Shown: piece by piece, positions 18,540 to 28,729 of the stretch
Position numbering within the stretch: the first letter of the stretch is position 1
How the letters are laid out: each line of letters opens with the position of its first letter
Source: Bacteroidota bacterium
Lineage (GTDB): Bacteria > Bacteroidota > Bacteroidia > B-17B0 > Aurantibacillaceae
Assembly: GCA_029237825.1 (NCBI GenBank)
Contig: JAQZBQ010000003.1
Span: 166,001 to 230,000 of the forward strand
DNA: 64,000 nt
Direction: 5' to 3'
Translations under genes and position numbers: made by a program
Notes under the pieces: generated by a model
The model's database searches: none
What the model was told of the DNA's origin: nothing
The model's input: the letters and a program-made list of their open reading frames with translations, nothing else

Positions 18540-19811
18540 TTAAGACATAAAAATAGTCTGTGTTCTGTCAGGCCCAATAGAAACAATACTAATTGGAACT
18601 TCAACCAGTTTCTCAATATAATTAATATAATCTGTAAGCTCTTGTGGTAAAGAGGTTTTTGATGTCATTTTTGTTAAGTCAACATTCCATCCTTTCAGCT
18701 CTTCGTAAACGGGGGTCACATCTGAAGGCTCGATGCTATAAGGAAGGTAATCGATTTTTTCGCCCTTATGAAGGTAATGTGTACATACCTGCAAAGTATC
18801 AAAATCAGATAAAATATCGGCCTTCATCATCATTAGTTCGGTAACACCGTTAATAGCAATAGCGTACTTCAAAGCCGGAATATCCAACCATCCACAACGG
18901 CGTGGCCTGCCGGTTGTTGCTCCAAATTCACGACCAACCTGACGCATTTTCTCCCCCACTTCATTATCCAGTTCAGTGGGAAACGGTCCGCTTCCGACGC
19001 GTGTACAATAGGCTTTAAAAATTCCGATTACATTTCCAATCCGGTTAGGTGCAATACCCAAACCGTTGCAGGCCCCGGCACAAATAGTGTTAGAAGAAGT
19101 TACAAACGGATATGAACCGAAATCAATATCTAATAACGAGCCCTGAGCACCTTCCGCTAATATCTTTTGGCCTTTTTTGATGGCATCATTGATGAAATGT
19201 TCACTATCAATAAATGTCAGCTTTTTTAATTCTTCAATTGCTTCGAAGAAAGCTGGTTCAAGATCGGCTAAATTATAACTGTAATTATGGAATTCTAAAA
19301 TTTGCTTATGCTTTTCAACAAGCGCTTTATATTTATCCTTAAAGTTTACTCCTTCAACATCCCCAACACGCAAACCATTACGGCCGGTTTTGTCCATATA
19401 CGTCGGACCGATACCTTTAAGCGTAGAACCGATTTTATCCTTTCCTTTGGCTGCTTCGCTTGCCGCGTCAATTAGTCGATGTGTTGGTAAAATTAAGTGG
19501 GCGCGTTTACTGATTACCAGTTTCTTTTTAACATCCACACCCATCGCGGTTAATGCGTCAATTTCTTTTTTAAAAATTACTGGATCTATCACCACTCCGT
19601 TTCCTACAACGTTCAAGGCAGTTGGATGAAAAATTCCACTGGGAATCGTATGTAAAACATGTTTAATACCATTAAATTCCAAAGTATGCCCTGCGTTTGG
19701 TCCGCCCTGAAAACGGGCAATGATATCGTATTTTGGAGTTAAAACGTCAACAATTTTACCTTTTCCTTCGTCGCCCCATTGCAGGCCTAATAGTACATCC
19801 GCTTTGATCAT
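18540..19811 (-). CDS. purA: adenylosuccinate synthase
   Basis: GLQWGDEGKGKIVD P-loop, GTTGRPRRCGW and full-length conservation. Confidence 0.95.
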   Translation of the reverse strand: MIKADVLLGLQWGDEGKGKIVDVLTPKYDIIARFQGGPNAGHTLEFNGIKHVLHTIPSGIFHPTALNVVGNGVVIDPVIFKKEIDALTAMGVDVKKKLVISKRAHLILPTHRLIDAASEAAKGKDKIGSTLKGIGPTYMDKTGRNGLRVGDVEGVNFKDKYKALVEKHKQILEFHNYSYNLADLEPAFFEAIEELKKLTFIDSEHFINDAIKKGQKILAEGAQGSLLDIDFGSYPFVTSSNTICAGACNGLGIAPNRIGNVIGIFKAYCTRVGSGPFPTELDNEVGEKMRQVGREFGATTGRPRRCGWLDIPALKYAIAINGVTELMMMKADILSDFDTLQVCTHYLHKGEKIDYLPYSIEPSDVTPVYEELKGWNVDLTKMTSKTSLPQELTDYINYIEKLVEVPISIVSIGPDRTQTIFMS

Positions 19812-19929
19812 AATTTTACACTTTTGTTGAAAGCTTTCAAATTTACAATTAAGCCAGAATTATCCGGGAATAACAAATTAACAATTCGTCGTTTTTTGAA
19901 CAAAACAAATTAATTATACCCGAGAATTT

Positions 19930-20691
19930 TTAAATTTTTACCTGAAGGCCATCGTATGCCAGTTCTATAAAAGAAGGTAACTCCTTCGATACTTCGTCGT
20001 GAAATCCTAATTGATGTGAAATATGAGTAAAATAAGCTTTTTCAGGATTGAATTCTTTCATCAGGTCAATTGCCTGTTGAAAGGTAAAATGCGAAACATG
20101 TTCCTCTTTACGAAGCGCGTTCACAACGATGATCCTGGAACCCCTTATTTTTTGCTTCTCATGTTCAGTAATATAATTCGCATCGGTGATATAGGTAAAA
20201 TCGTTGATACGGTATGCCTTAACCGGAAGGCGGTAATGCAACACATCAATTGGAATTAATTCAATATCATTAATATTAAAATGTTCATTGGTAATTGTAT
20301 GCAAATCAATTTCAGGGATTCCAGGATATTTATCATCCGAAAATATATAGTGGAATTCTCTTTTTAATGCCTCCTGAACTCTTAACGAAGCGTACACAGG
20401 CATTCGCATCCGGTTAAAAAAATTAAACGCTTTAACTTCGTCTAAACCAGCAATGTGGTCCTTATGTTCATGTGTAAAGACGACAGCATCCAGCGATTTC
20501 ACATTTTGCCTTAACATTTGTTGCCTGAAATCCGGACCTGAATCAATAACAACTGCTGTGGTTTCACTTTCAATAAGGATTGACGAACGAAGGCGGTTAT
20601 CTTTTGGGTTTTTAGAATGACAAACCGAACATTCACAACAAATTATGGGAACGCCCTGCGAAGTGCCGGTACCTAAAAACGTAACTTTCAT
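19930..20691 (-). CDS. MBL-fold metallo-hydrolase (PhnP-like)
   Basis: HEHKDH metal motif, an N-terminal Cys cluster (CCECSVCHS) and ~250 aa, as in PhnP-type phosphodiesterases. Confidence 0.8.
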   Translation of the reverse strand: MKVTFLGTGTSQGVPIICCECSVCHSKNPKDNRLRSSILIESETTAVVIDSGPDFRQQMLRQNVKSLDAVVFTHEHKDHIAGLDEVKAFNFFNRMRMPVYASLRVQEALKREFHYIFSDDKYPGIPEIDLHTITNEHFNINDIELIPIDVLHYRLPVKAYRINDFTYITDANYITEHEKQKIRGSRIIVVNALRKEEHVSHFTFQQAIDLMKEFNPEKAYFTHISHQLGFHDEVSKELPSFIELAYDGLQVKI

Positions 20692-21335
20692 CAGTGATTA
20701 TTAATCAATCTAATATAAACATCCTGGTTTAACAATCCTAAAACCAAGATAAATAATATTCCAAACATAGCACCCCAAAAGTGCGCCTCATGCCCTATTC
20801 TATCAACCGAATCGCTTCCTGTATTTCGCTTGCTGAGGTAATAACTTATTCCCAGGTACAAAACGCCAAACACCCATGCCGGCATTGGAATAAAAAAGAA
20901 ACCCAATTGCGATAACGGGGAACACGTTATAAAACTAAAAATTAGCGCGTTCACAGCGCCGCTCGCTCCTAATGATGTATAATCGTCAACATCCTTATTT
21001 TTAAAATATTCTGAAATTGAAGAGGCATATATGGCACCAGTATACAGCAAAATGAAAAATGCCATTCCCAATTTATAATTTGGTTCACCTACTTCCCCCA
21101 GTAATATTGGAAGGACCTGCTTTTCTACGATGGGACCAAACATCCATAAAGCGTACATATTAAATGCCAAATGCAGATAATCGCCATGAAGAAAAGCATG
21201 GCTTAGAAAACGGTAGTGTTGGTTGCCGTATTTAATCGAATAGGGATGAAAAATGTATTTATACTTGATGTCATGATTATTCATGGCATACAAAGAAAAT
21301 CCAACAGTGAGTATTAAAATTGCGTAAGTAATCAT
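20691..21335 (-). CDS. rhomboid family intramembrane serine protease
   Basis: HAFLHGDYLHLAFNMYAL and GASGAV catalytic motifs, six TM segments. Confidence 0.8.
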   Translation of the reverse strand: MITYAILILTVGFSLYAMNNHDIKYKYIFHPYSIKYGNQHYRFLSHAFLHGDYLHLAFNMYALWMFGPIVEKQVLPILLGEVGEPNYKLGMAFFILLYTGAIYASSISEYFKNKDVDDYTSLGASGAVNALIFSFITCSPLSQLGFFFIPMPAWVFGVLYLGISYYLSKRNTGSDSVDRIGHEAHFWGAMFGILFILVLGLLNQDVYIRLINNH

Positions 21336-21402
21336 AATGAAGGATTGTATCTATTCGCTAATATACACATCACAATGCCAGATTTGTCATAAAACAAAAA
21401 AA

Positions 21403-21687
21403 TTACATTTCGTATAAACTCCAGGCCTCAGGTTTATCGTCGAAAAGTATTTTCGTCTTTGCCCAAACACCGGAAAATAATTCCGATTTCCTGTAATTTT
21501 CCAAATACTCCGGTTCGTCCCAGATACTCAATGTAAAAAAAATACAGGGATTGTTAATGTCCTGTAACAATTCCACATGCCGACACCCTTCCATTGCGGA
21601 TATTAAACTTTTACTGGCATTAAAAATATCCTTAAAGCGTTCAACCGAATCACTTTTAAATGTCATTTTTACAAATCTCTTAATCAT
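21403..21687 (-). CDS. ABM-domain (antibiotic biosynthesis monooxygenase-like) protein
   Basis: 94-aa ferredoxin-like dimeric alpha-beta barrel pattern (FTLSIWDEPEYLENYRKSELF). It overlaps the upstream gene by 8 nt. Confidence 0.55.
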   Translation of the reverse strand: MIKRFVKMTFKSDSVERFKDIFNASKSLISAMEGCRHVELLQDINNPCIFFTLSIWDEPEYLENYRKSELFSGVWAKTKILFDDKPEAWSLYEM

Positions 21688-22498
21688 AAATGTCTACAAT
21701 AATCCGATCTATTTTATACTTGTTTAAAAGGTTTGGCTTCATAGCTACCTTATTTGCCGACTGGCCCAACAATGAGATTTCTAAAAAATTCATTGAATTG
21801 AAAAAACATACAACGTCGCCGATTTTCACATCATCATAGGTATTATGCAATTTGGTGACATTGTAAGATGGTAAAGCAATTGAAAACCGCTTGCCACCCA
21901 CATGTTTTTCAAATTCATCTTTTGTTATACTCGTAATGAGGTTTCCGAAATCATCTTCGTAGAGAACCATGCCCTGCAAGTTTCCCGGAGTTGAAAAGCT
22001 TTCGAATGCATACAACTTGCAATATTCTCCTGTCATGGAAGAAAACTCTTCCAACGGAACACCGTTTAAAATCTTATTGGCTACGTCTGTAAAAATGTCC
22101 CTTAAATAAAAGGAATGTTGTTTTGCATCTTCAAAATATAACTGGTAAACGGTTTCATTAAAATTTTTATCCAGAAGGGTGAATAAACCGTTATCCGGAC
22201 AAACAATATACTGTCCATTGAATTTGGAAAGAAGGTATCGGGTATTGTCAACGGCAAGATTAGCAATGGTTTCGGAAGAATTCAAAAACTTAATCGCAAA
22301 TAAATGAATTGTATCTTCAGGGAAATATGGCAAGGCGCTCTTCAACGCAAATGCACCTTCATTATGAGCGTGAGGTTTTACATCGCAAGCAAGATCAACA
22401 ATTTTTGCGCCTGGCTGAAATTTAAAAAGCATGCCTTTTACCATAGCCAGATAAGGGTCGCGGTAACCCAAATCAGTGGTTATAGTAATGATTGACAT
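21680..22498 (-). CDS. SAM hydroxide adenosyltransferase family protein (DUF62, chlorinase/fluorinase-like)
   Basis: Trimmed to ATG 22498. The N-terminus MSIITITTDLGYRDPYLAMVKGML matches the family signature. Confidence 0.8.
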   Translation of the reverse strand: MSIITITTDLGYRDPYLAMVKGMLFKFQPGAKIVDLACDVKPHAHNEGAFALKSALPYFPEDTIHLFAIKFLNSSETIANLAVDNTRYLLSKFNGQYIVCPDNGLFTLLDKNFNETVYQLYFEDAKQHSFYLRDIFTDVANKILNGVPLEEFSSMTGEYCKLYAFESFSTPGNLQGMVLYEDDFGNLITSITKDEFEKHVGGKRFSIALPSYNVTKLHNTYDDVKIGDVVCFFNSMNFLEISLLGQSANKVAMKPNLLNKYKIDRIIVDIYD

Positions 22499-22606
22499 CT
22501 TGAAAACTTTATTTACTTTACTCGAAAGTAAGTAATAATTTAGGCTCACTTTTTATATAAAAAAGTTATTGATTAACACGATTATTAACATAAACATATT
22601 AGGACC

Positions 22607-23566
22607 TTGATCGAAAAAACAATTACCCTGGATAGCGTTGAACCTGTTGAAATTTATGGCGTAAACGACGTTAAACTCAATGTCATTAAAAAATATTTTC
22701 CCAAACTTAAAATTATTGCCCGGGGTTATTCAATTAAAGTATTGGGTGATGTGGAAGACATTGCATTTTTTGAAAAAAAATTGAACATGATGGTTGACTA
22801 CTATCATAAAAACGGGCTCTTAACCGACACAGTTATAGAACGCCTGCTCGGACAAACGGGTGATAATATTTTACATGCTAAAGAAGAAGCTACCGGTTCG
22901 GATATCATTGTCTTTGGCAATAACGGCCTGGTAATTAAAGCCCGTACGGATAACCAACGAAAAATGATGCAGTCGGTTTACAAAAGCGATATGCTTTTTG
23001 CTGTTGGTCCCGCAGGTACTGGTAAAACGTACACGGCAGTTGCGTTAGCCGTCAGAGCACTTAAAAATAAGGAAGTTAAACGTATTATCTTGACTAGGCC
23101 CGCAGTTGAAGCCGGCGAAAATTTAGGTTTTTTACCTGGCGATTTAAAAGAGAAGCTTGATCCTTACATGCAACCCTTATATGACGCACTATATGACATG
23201 GTGCCCCTGGATAAATTAAATCAATACATCGAGGCAAAAATCATTCAGATTGCCCCATTGGCATTTATGCGGGGAAGAACTCTGGATAACGCATTTGTGA
23301 TTCTGGACGAAGCTCAGAATACTACGGAAAGCCAAATGAAAATGTTTTTAACACGTATGGGCGCTAATGCTAAGTTTATCATAACAGGTGACATGACACA
23401 AATTGACCTGCCAAGGAACCAAACCTCTGGACTAGCCCAGGCGGTTCGTTTGCTCAAAAAAACAGACGGCATTGATATTGTTGAACTTACCACTATCGAT
23501 GTAATCAGGCACCGACTGGTTAAGGCCATCATTGAAAAATACGAGTCAGACAGTATTAAGAAGTAA
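22607..23566 (+). CDS. phoH: PhoH family ATPase
   Basis: Walker A GPAGTGKTY, ILDEAQN and GDMTQIDLP motifs. TTG start (no upstream in-frame ATG). Confidence 0.9.
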   Translation: MIEKTITLDSVEPVEIYGVNDVKLNVIKKYFPKLKIIARGYSIKVLGDVEDIAFFEKKLNMMVDYYHKNGLLTDTVIERLLGQTGDNILHAKEEATGSDIIVFGNNGLVIKARTDNQRKMMQSVYKSDMLFAVGPAGTGKTYTAVALAVRALKNKEVKRIILTRPAVEAGENLGFLPGDLKEKLDPYMQPLYDALYDMVPLDKLNQYIEAKIIQIAPLAFMRGRTLDNAFVILDEAQNTTESQMKMFLTRMGANAKFIITGDMTQIDLPRNQTSGLAQAVRLLKKTDGIDIVELTTIDVIRHRLVKAIIEKYESDSIKK

Positions 23567-23620
23567 CATTTTCAAAAACGGTCTCATTCATTATAGTTGT
23601 TTTCATCACATTTATAAAAC

Positions 23621-23947
23621 ATGACTATTAGCAACGCACAAAAGGAAATTGACAATTGGATCAAACAACACGGTGTTAGGTATTTCAGCGAATTAACCAA
23701 TATGGCAATATTGACGGAAGAAGTAGGTGAAGTTTCCCGCATTATTGCACGTCGCTATGGAGAACAAAGTGAAAAGGAATCCGATAAAAATAAGGACCTT
23801 GGTGATGAGCTGGCGGATGTATTATTTGTTATCATATGTTTGGCTAATCAAACTGGCATAGATTTGGAAGAAGCTCTTAAAAGAAATCTGGAAAAAAAGA
23901 CGGCGAGGGACTCAGAAAGACATTGGAATAACGATAAATTGAAGTAA
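23621..23947 (+). CDS. MazG-like nucleotide pyrophosphohydrolase
   Basis: EEVGEV...LGDELADVLFVIICLAN metal-binding EExxE/D pattern; ~108 aa. Confidence 0.8.
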   Translation: MTISNAQKEIDNWIKQHGVRYFSELTNMAILTEEVGEVSRIIARRYGEQSEKESDKNKDLGDELADVLFVIICLANQTGIDLEEALKRNLEKKTARDSERHWNNDKLK

Positions 23948-23992
23948 TCCCAGTGTCATCTTTTAGTTGTCTCAAGTTAAACATTAAGAAAA

Positions 23993-25129
23993 TTGGCAAA
24001 ACTTTTATTCATATTCTTTGTTTGCAGCGCATCATTTTTATTCTCCCAGAATAATCTTATTAAGGTAGACCAAAGTGATAAAGATATTGGAGTTGTAGAA
24101 AATATCTATAAGATCAAAGTTGACTATATTCTTCAAAATAATCAGGAGAAAAACCTATACTTATTGAGAGCGGATGCGTTAAAAGGGATTACCATTCACA
24201 CTTCAAAAAAAACGATCCGACCAAAGGATACTGCTCTTTTAGTAATTGAGTTTGTTCCTCAAAAGACAGGTAAATTCAATGAATATGTTAATCTTGTAAC
24301 AAGCGCAGAAGGAACTCCTTTTAAATTATCATTATCAGGGAACATCAAATCTATTAAGACAGACGATAAAACCGCCTGCTTTTATTTCAAAAAGCCAAAC
24401 AATGCGGGTGTTAAAATCACAGAACCTATTGTTGTGGTAGAATCAACAAAACCGAGGGATGTTTCTAACCGTATCCCGGACCATACAGTAAATATTGAAA
24501 ATAAAAAGCCCGAAGTAAATGTGGAAACGAAACCTGTTGATACCAAAGATGAAGCCCTTCTTGACGATAAGCTTTATAAAGCAAACAACATTATTTTTTT
24601 AGTAGACGTATCCAATTCAATGAAGGACACTAATAAATTAAAATTAATGCAGGTTGCGCTACATGATTTGATTGACGTCCTCCGGCCAAAAGATCGGATA
24701 ACATTTATCACTTATGCTGATTCAGTTAGAATTATAAAAGGCGGAACTAACGGGAACCACAAAAAAGAACTTCACGAAGTCGTAGACAAATTAAAAGCAA
24801 AAGGACTTACTAAAGGAAACAAAGCAATATTATTCAGTCTTGATGTGGCCATCACCAACTACATCCCCAATGGGAACAATCAAATCATTTTAGCTACGGA
24901 TGGGAAATTCAGGTTTTATCCAGATGATCAAAAACTTTATAAAATCAAACAAGGCGAAAAATCAATAAAATTATCGACAATAGCGTTTGGGAATGATAAG
25001 GAAGCGATTAAGAATCTTAAAGATATCGCTGAAATTGGAAATGGCAATTTCATTCACATTAAATCTCGTGAGAAAGCAAAAGAACAATTGTTAAATGAAA
25101 TCAAGAAAAATAGCATGATTAATCAATAA
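23993..25129 (+). CDS. exported VWA domain protein with N-terminal Ig-like (DUF1573-like) module
   Basis: Signal peptide after a TTG start. MIDAS motif FLVDVSNSM and ILATDG. Confidence 0.75.
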   Translation: MAKLLFIFFVCSASFLFSQNNLIKVDQSDKDIGVVENIYKIKVDYILQNNQEKNLYLLRADALKGITIHTSKKTIRPKDTALLVIEFVPQKTGKFNEYVNLVTSAEGTPFKLSLSGNIKSIKTDDKTACFYFKKPNNAGVKITEPIVVVESTKPRDVSNRIPDHTVNIENKKPEVNVETKPVDTKDEALLDDKLYKANNIIFLVDVSNSMKDTNKLKLMQVALHDLIDVLRPKDRITFITYADSVRIIKGGTNGNHKKELHEVVDKLKAKGLTKGNKAILFSLDVAITNYIPNGNNQIILATDGKFRFYPDDQKLYKIKQGEKSIKLSTIAFGNDKEAIKNLKDIAEIGNGNFIHIKSREKAKEQLLNEIKKNSMINQ

Positions 25130-25223
25130 AAAATATTTTGATACTGATGTTTGTTAAAAATCAGATTTTGAATGTACTTTCCCAAAATAATTTATCTTTG
25201 AGTAAACTAAATCTTAAACACAT

Positions 25224-26288
25224 ATGAAAAAACTCTACTTTATTTTTTTTACCGCTTTCCTTTCAGGTCAAATCGACGCGCAAACTTATACGTTAACGTC
25301 ATCCAATCATCAACCAATCGTGGGAGATTCCTATGGTGCATTAACTGTTGATACAAATTCTACGCCTTTGCCAATGCATATTTCGGGAGCGGGAGTTACC
25401 TGGAGCATTACTGCTTTAACTCTTACAGATTCAATTGTTGCCTTAAATACGTTTTCAACGGCAGCTACCTATTCAAATTCGGCAAACTATGCCAACACCA
25501 ATCTCGTACAATACGATTCAACCACTACTACTTACTTTAATTCATCTACAAATATGGTTGAACTAACCGGGGTTGATGCAGGTCAATTTGATTTGAATTA
25601 CAATGCAGGCAATGCTACCATCGCTATGTATCCAATGGCTTTCGGTTTTTCTAACACAGATAACACCGTTGGAGGAGACATGAGTGTGGTAACGCCTTTT
25701 GGTCCAGCTACGGGGACTTTTACAGGAACAGTAACTACCCAGGTTGACGGCACGGGGACTTTAAACCTTAATAACATTTCGGTATTTAACAATTGTGTTC
25801 GTTTAGCGACCATGCAAAACATTCTTTTTGATTTGGCTACTCCTTTAGGTCAAATGGCTGGTATCCTAGATCAAACCACGTATAACTTTTACAACAGCTC
25901 GTCTAAATTCCCCTTGTTTTCAGTAACTTATTTCCATGTTCAGGTTCCCGATGCCGGAATAGATCAGGGACAAGCGCAGGTAACAATACTTTCTTCGGTT
26001 GCTATTGGTGTTAAAGAAAATTCTGAAAAGGAAATTCTTTTCAAAGCGTATCCAAATCCTGCAAGCGATGAAGTGCAACTACATTTTGTTATAGCAAAAA
26101 ATGAATCTTATACCTTCGAAATTGTAAATGCAATTGGTCAGGTTGTAAAAACGGTATCCATGCCAAATCTTCATATGGGAATGTATAATGAAACAATCAA
26201 TACATCAGATTTAAGGGCGGGAATATACACCATTAAAGTTACCGGAACATCTTCTCATGGTACCGAAAAACTTGTGATACAAAAATAG
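25224..26288 (+). CDS. T9SS C-terminal-domain secreted protein
   Basis: Signal peptide. The C-terminus FKAYPNPASDEVQLHF...GIYTIKV...LVIQK fits the T9SS sorting domain. Confidence 0.8.
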   Translation: MKKLYFIFFTAFLSGQIDAQTYTLTSSNHQPIVGDSYGALTVDTNSTPLPMHISGAGVTWSITALTLTDSIVALNTFSTAATYSNSANYANTNLVQYDSTTTTYFNSSTNMVELTGVDAGQFDLNYNAGNATIAMYPMAFGFSNTDNTVGGDMSVVTPFGPATGTFTGTVTTQVDGTGTLNLNNISVFNNCVRLATMQNILFDLATPLGQMAGILDQTTYNFYNSSSKFPLFSVTYFHVQVPDAGIDQGQAQVTILSSVAIGVKENSEKEILFKAYPNPASDEVQLHFVIAKNESYTFEIVNAIGQVVKTVSMPNLHMGMYNETINTSDLRAGIYTIKVTGTSSHGTEKLVIQK

Positions 26289-26306
26289 TTTTAACCGTGT
26301 GATTTT

Positions 26307-26339
26307 AAAAAACGCCTTAGTTCCCTAAGGCGTTTTTTT
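26307..26339. terminator. bidirectional intrinsic terminator
   Basis: AAAA-AACGCCTTAG-TTCC-CTAAGGCGTT-TTTTT between convergent genes 25224..26288 (+) and 26344..27057 (-). Confidence 0.75.
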
Positions 26340-26343
26340 ATGA

Positions 26344-27057
26344 TTAAAGTTGATATTCCCTATATTCTCCGGGCTTTAAACCATCCAGCCTGATCGAGTC
26401 AATCCGCACCCGAATTAATCTGGCGACCTGGTAACCTAACGCTTTGCACATACGGCGTATTTGCCGGTTTTTGCCCTCTTTTAAAATAATCCGGAACTCA
26501 AACTCTGAAAGCTTTTCAACTTTACAAGCCTGCGTTTTACAGATCATAATATCGACACCATTCCCCATTTTGATAATGAATTCGTCGGAAATTGGTTTGT
26601 TTACAGTAACAAGGTATTCTTTTTCTTTTTCCTTGATTGGACTAGACAAACTTTGAATGTACTTGCCATCATTTGATAAGAGCAATAAGCCTTCAGATTC
26701 TTTATCAAGCCGTCCCGCATAGCCTAAATGCTTATCAAATTTAAAAACAGTGGTGAGGTTGTCCTTTATCAATTGATTATTGGTTGTTTCAATTCCTCTC
26801 GGTTTATAACACGCTATGTAGGTAAAGGGGGTATTCGGCTTTAACAAATTGTCGTCAAGATAAATATCCCATGTTTCGTTAAATTCAATATTCTCTGTAA
26901 TAACTGATCCATTAACTTTCAATCGTCGGTGTTCAATGGCACGAATTGCCTCCTTATTAGTGAAGCCCAATCGATGCACCAGGAAATACTTTATATTGAG
27001 ACGGAAACTCACACGAATGACTTTCCGGCAATAATATCTTTTTTTCGCTGAACTCAC
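26344..27057 (-). CDS. RsuA/RluF-family rRNA pseudouridine synthase
   Basis: S4-like N-terminus and the catalytic GRLDKESEGLLLLSNDG motif. Only a GTG start is available at 27057, so the exact start is uncertain. Confidence 0.85.
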   Translation of the reverse strand: MSSAKKRYYCRKVIRVSFRLNIKYFLVHRLGFTNKEAIRAIEHRRLKVNGSVITENIEFNETWDIYLDDNLLKPNTPFTYIACYKPRGIETTNNQLIKDNLTTVFKFDKHLGYAGRLDKESEGLLLLSNDGKYIQSLSSPIKEKEKEYLVTVNKPISDEFIIKMGNGVDIMICKTQACKVEKLSEFEFRIILKEGKNRQIRRMCKALGYQVARLIRVRIDSIRLDGLKPGEYREYQL

Positions 27058-27108
27058 AAAAATTCTCCCAATTGGGCTTTATTTATTAAGTTTGCAAGTC
27101 TAAAAACT

Positions 27109-27687
27109 ATGGAAAAAACCTATTTCGTTCACCCTTCGGCATTCGTAGATGAAGGCTGCCATATTGGAAAAGGAACTAAAATCTGGCATTTCAGTCATAT
27201 CATGCCCGACTGTACTCTTGGGGAGAATTGCAATATCGGGCAGAACGTTGTGGTTTCTCCAGGGGTAGTATTAGGAAAGAATGTGAAAGTTCAAAATAAT
27301 GTCTCCATTTATACCGGAGTAATCTGTGATGATGACGTATTTCTTGGTCCTTCTATGGTATTTACAAATGTGATTAACCCCCGCAGTGCTGTCAACCGTA
27401 AATCTGAATATGCTAAAACCCATGTAGGCAGGGGCGCAAGTATTGGGGCAAACGCAACAATTGTGTGTGGCCATGACATTGGCGAATTTGCGTTTATCGG
27501 TGCGGGTGCGGTTGTTACCAAAACTGTACCAGCATTTGCGTTAGTTGTAGGTAATCCATCAAGACAAATTGGGTGGATGAGTGAGTTTGGACACCGCTTG
27601 GAATTTGACAGCAACGGTAGTGCAACCTGCAAAGAAAGCGGACAGACTTATAAAATAGAAAATAATACCGTTAGAAGAATTTCTTAA
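27109..27687 (+). CDS. hexapeptide-repeat N-acetyltransferase, WbpD-like (UDP-2-acetamido-3-amino-2,3-dideoxy-glucuronate N-acetyltransferase type)
   Basis: Left-handed beta-helix repeats with GTKIWHFSHI and VVGNPSRQIGWMS blocks, as in WbpD/WlbB. TAAGTTTG (27087-27094) upstream fits the TAnnTTTG -7 box. Confidence 0.8.
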   Translation: MEKTYFVHPSAFVDEGCHIGKGTKIWHFSHIMPDCTLGENCNIGQNVVVSPGVVLGKNVKVQNNVSIYTGVICDDDVFLGPSMVFTNVINPRSAVNRKSEYAKTHVGRGASIGANATIVCGHDIGEFAFIGAGAVVTKTVPAFALVVGNPSRQIGWMSEFGHRLEFDSNGSATCKESGQTYKIENNTVRRIS

Positions 27688-27688
27688 A

Positions 27689-28720
27689 ATGACAAAAATA
27701 AAATTCGGAGTAATTGGCCAGGGCCATATTGGCAAGCGGCACGCTGAAATGGTACGCCGAAACCCAAATTGTGAATTGGTTGCGGTTTGTGATATCGCAC
27801 CAAAAGATAAATTAGGACTTGAGAATCTTCAGGAAAAACTTTATAATACTGTTGAAGATTTATTAAAGAACCATCCTGAAATTGAAGTGGTGAATGTTTG
27901 TACGCCAAATGGTTTACACGCTGAACATTCACTTAAAGCGCTTGAAGCTAATAAGCATGTGGTAGTGGAAAAACCGATGGCGCTAAGTAAAGCCGATTGC
28001 GAAAAAATAATTTATAAAGCGTTAGACCAAAGTAAAACCGTTTTTTGTGTGATGCAAAACCGGTATTCGCCACCGAGTGTTTGGTTAAAAGAAATGGTGG
28101 AGAAAAAAACAATCGGTGATGTTTACATGGTTCAATTAAATTGCTATTGGAACCGTGACGAACGTTACTATAAAGCCGGAGGATGGAAAGGCACGCAGGA
28201 TCTGGACGGAGGAACACTATTCACTCAGTTCTCTCATTGGATAGATATCATGTATTGGTTGTTTGGAGATATTAAAGACATTCAGGCAAAGTTTGCCGAT
28301 TTTAATCACCAGAATTCCACAGCATTTGAGGATAGCGGATTTGTGAGTTTTAATTTCGTGAATGGTGGAATGGGAAGCATTAATTATTCTACAGCTGTGT
28401 GGGATAAAAATTTAGAATCATCGCTGACTATTGTGGGAAGTAAAGGAAGTATTAAGGTTGGAGGACAGTATATGGACCAGGTGGATGTATGTAATATTAA
28501 AGACTATGAAATGCCGGTCCTAGCAGAAACCAATCCTGCAAACGATTACGGAGCTTATAAAGGTTCGGCTAATAACCATCATAATGTAATTGAAAACGTC
28601 GTTGATACCATTACCGGCAAAACAAAAATTACAACCAACGCGTTGGAAGGTTTAAAAGTAGTAGACATCATTGAACGCATTTACCAGTTACGCCCTGAAT
28701 CCGTATTAAAAACAAAATAA
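27689..28720 (+). CDS. Gfo/Idh/MocA family oxidoreductase, WbpB-like
   Basis: N-terminal Rossmann FGVIGQGHIGKRH and EKPMA motif. It starts 1 nt after the acetyltransferase stop. Confidence 0.8.
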   Translation: MTKIKFGVIGQGHIGKRHAEMVRRNPNCELVAVCDIAPKDKLGLENLQEKLYNTVEDLLKNHPEIEVVNVCTPNGLHAEHSLKALEANKHVVVEKPMALSKADCEKIIYKALDQSKTVFCVMQNRYSPPSVWLKEMVEKKTIGDVYMVQLNCYWNRDERYYKAGGWKGTQDLDGGTLFTQFSHWIDIMYWLFGDIKDIQAKFADFNHQNSTAFEDSGFVSFNFVNGGMGSINYSTAVWDKNLESSLTIVGSKGSIKVGGQYMDQVDVCNIKDYEMPVLAETNPANDYGAYKGSANNHHNVIENVVDTITGKTKITTNALEGLKVVDIIERIYQLRPESVLKTK

Positions 28721-28729
28721 AATAATTTT

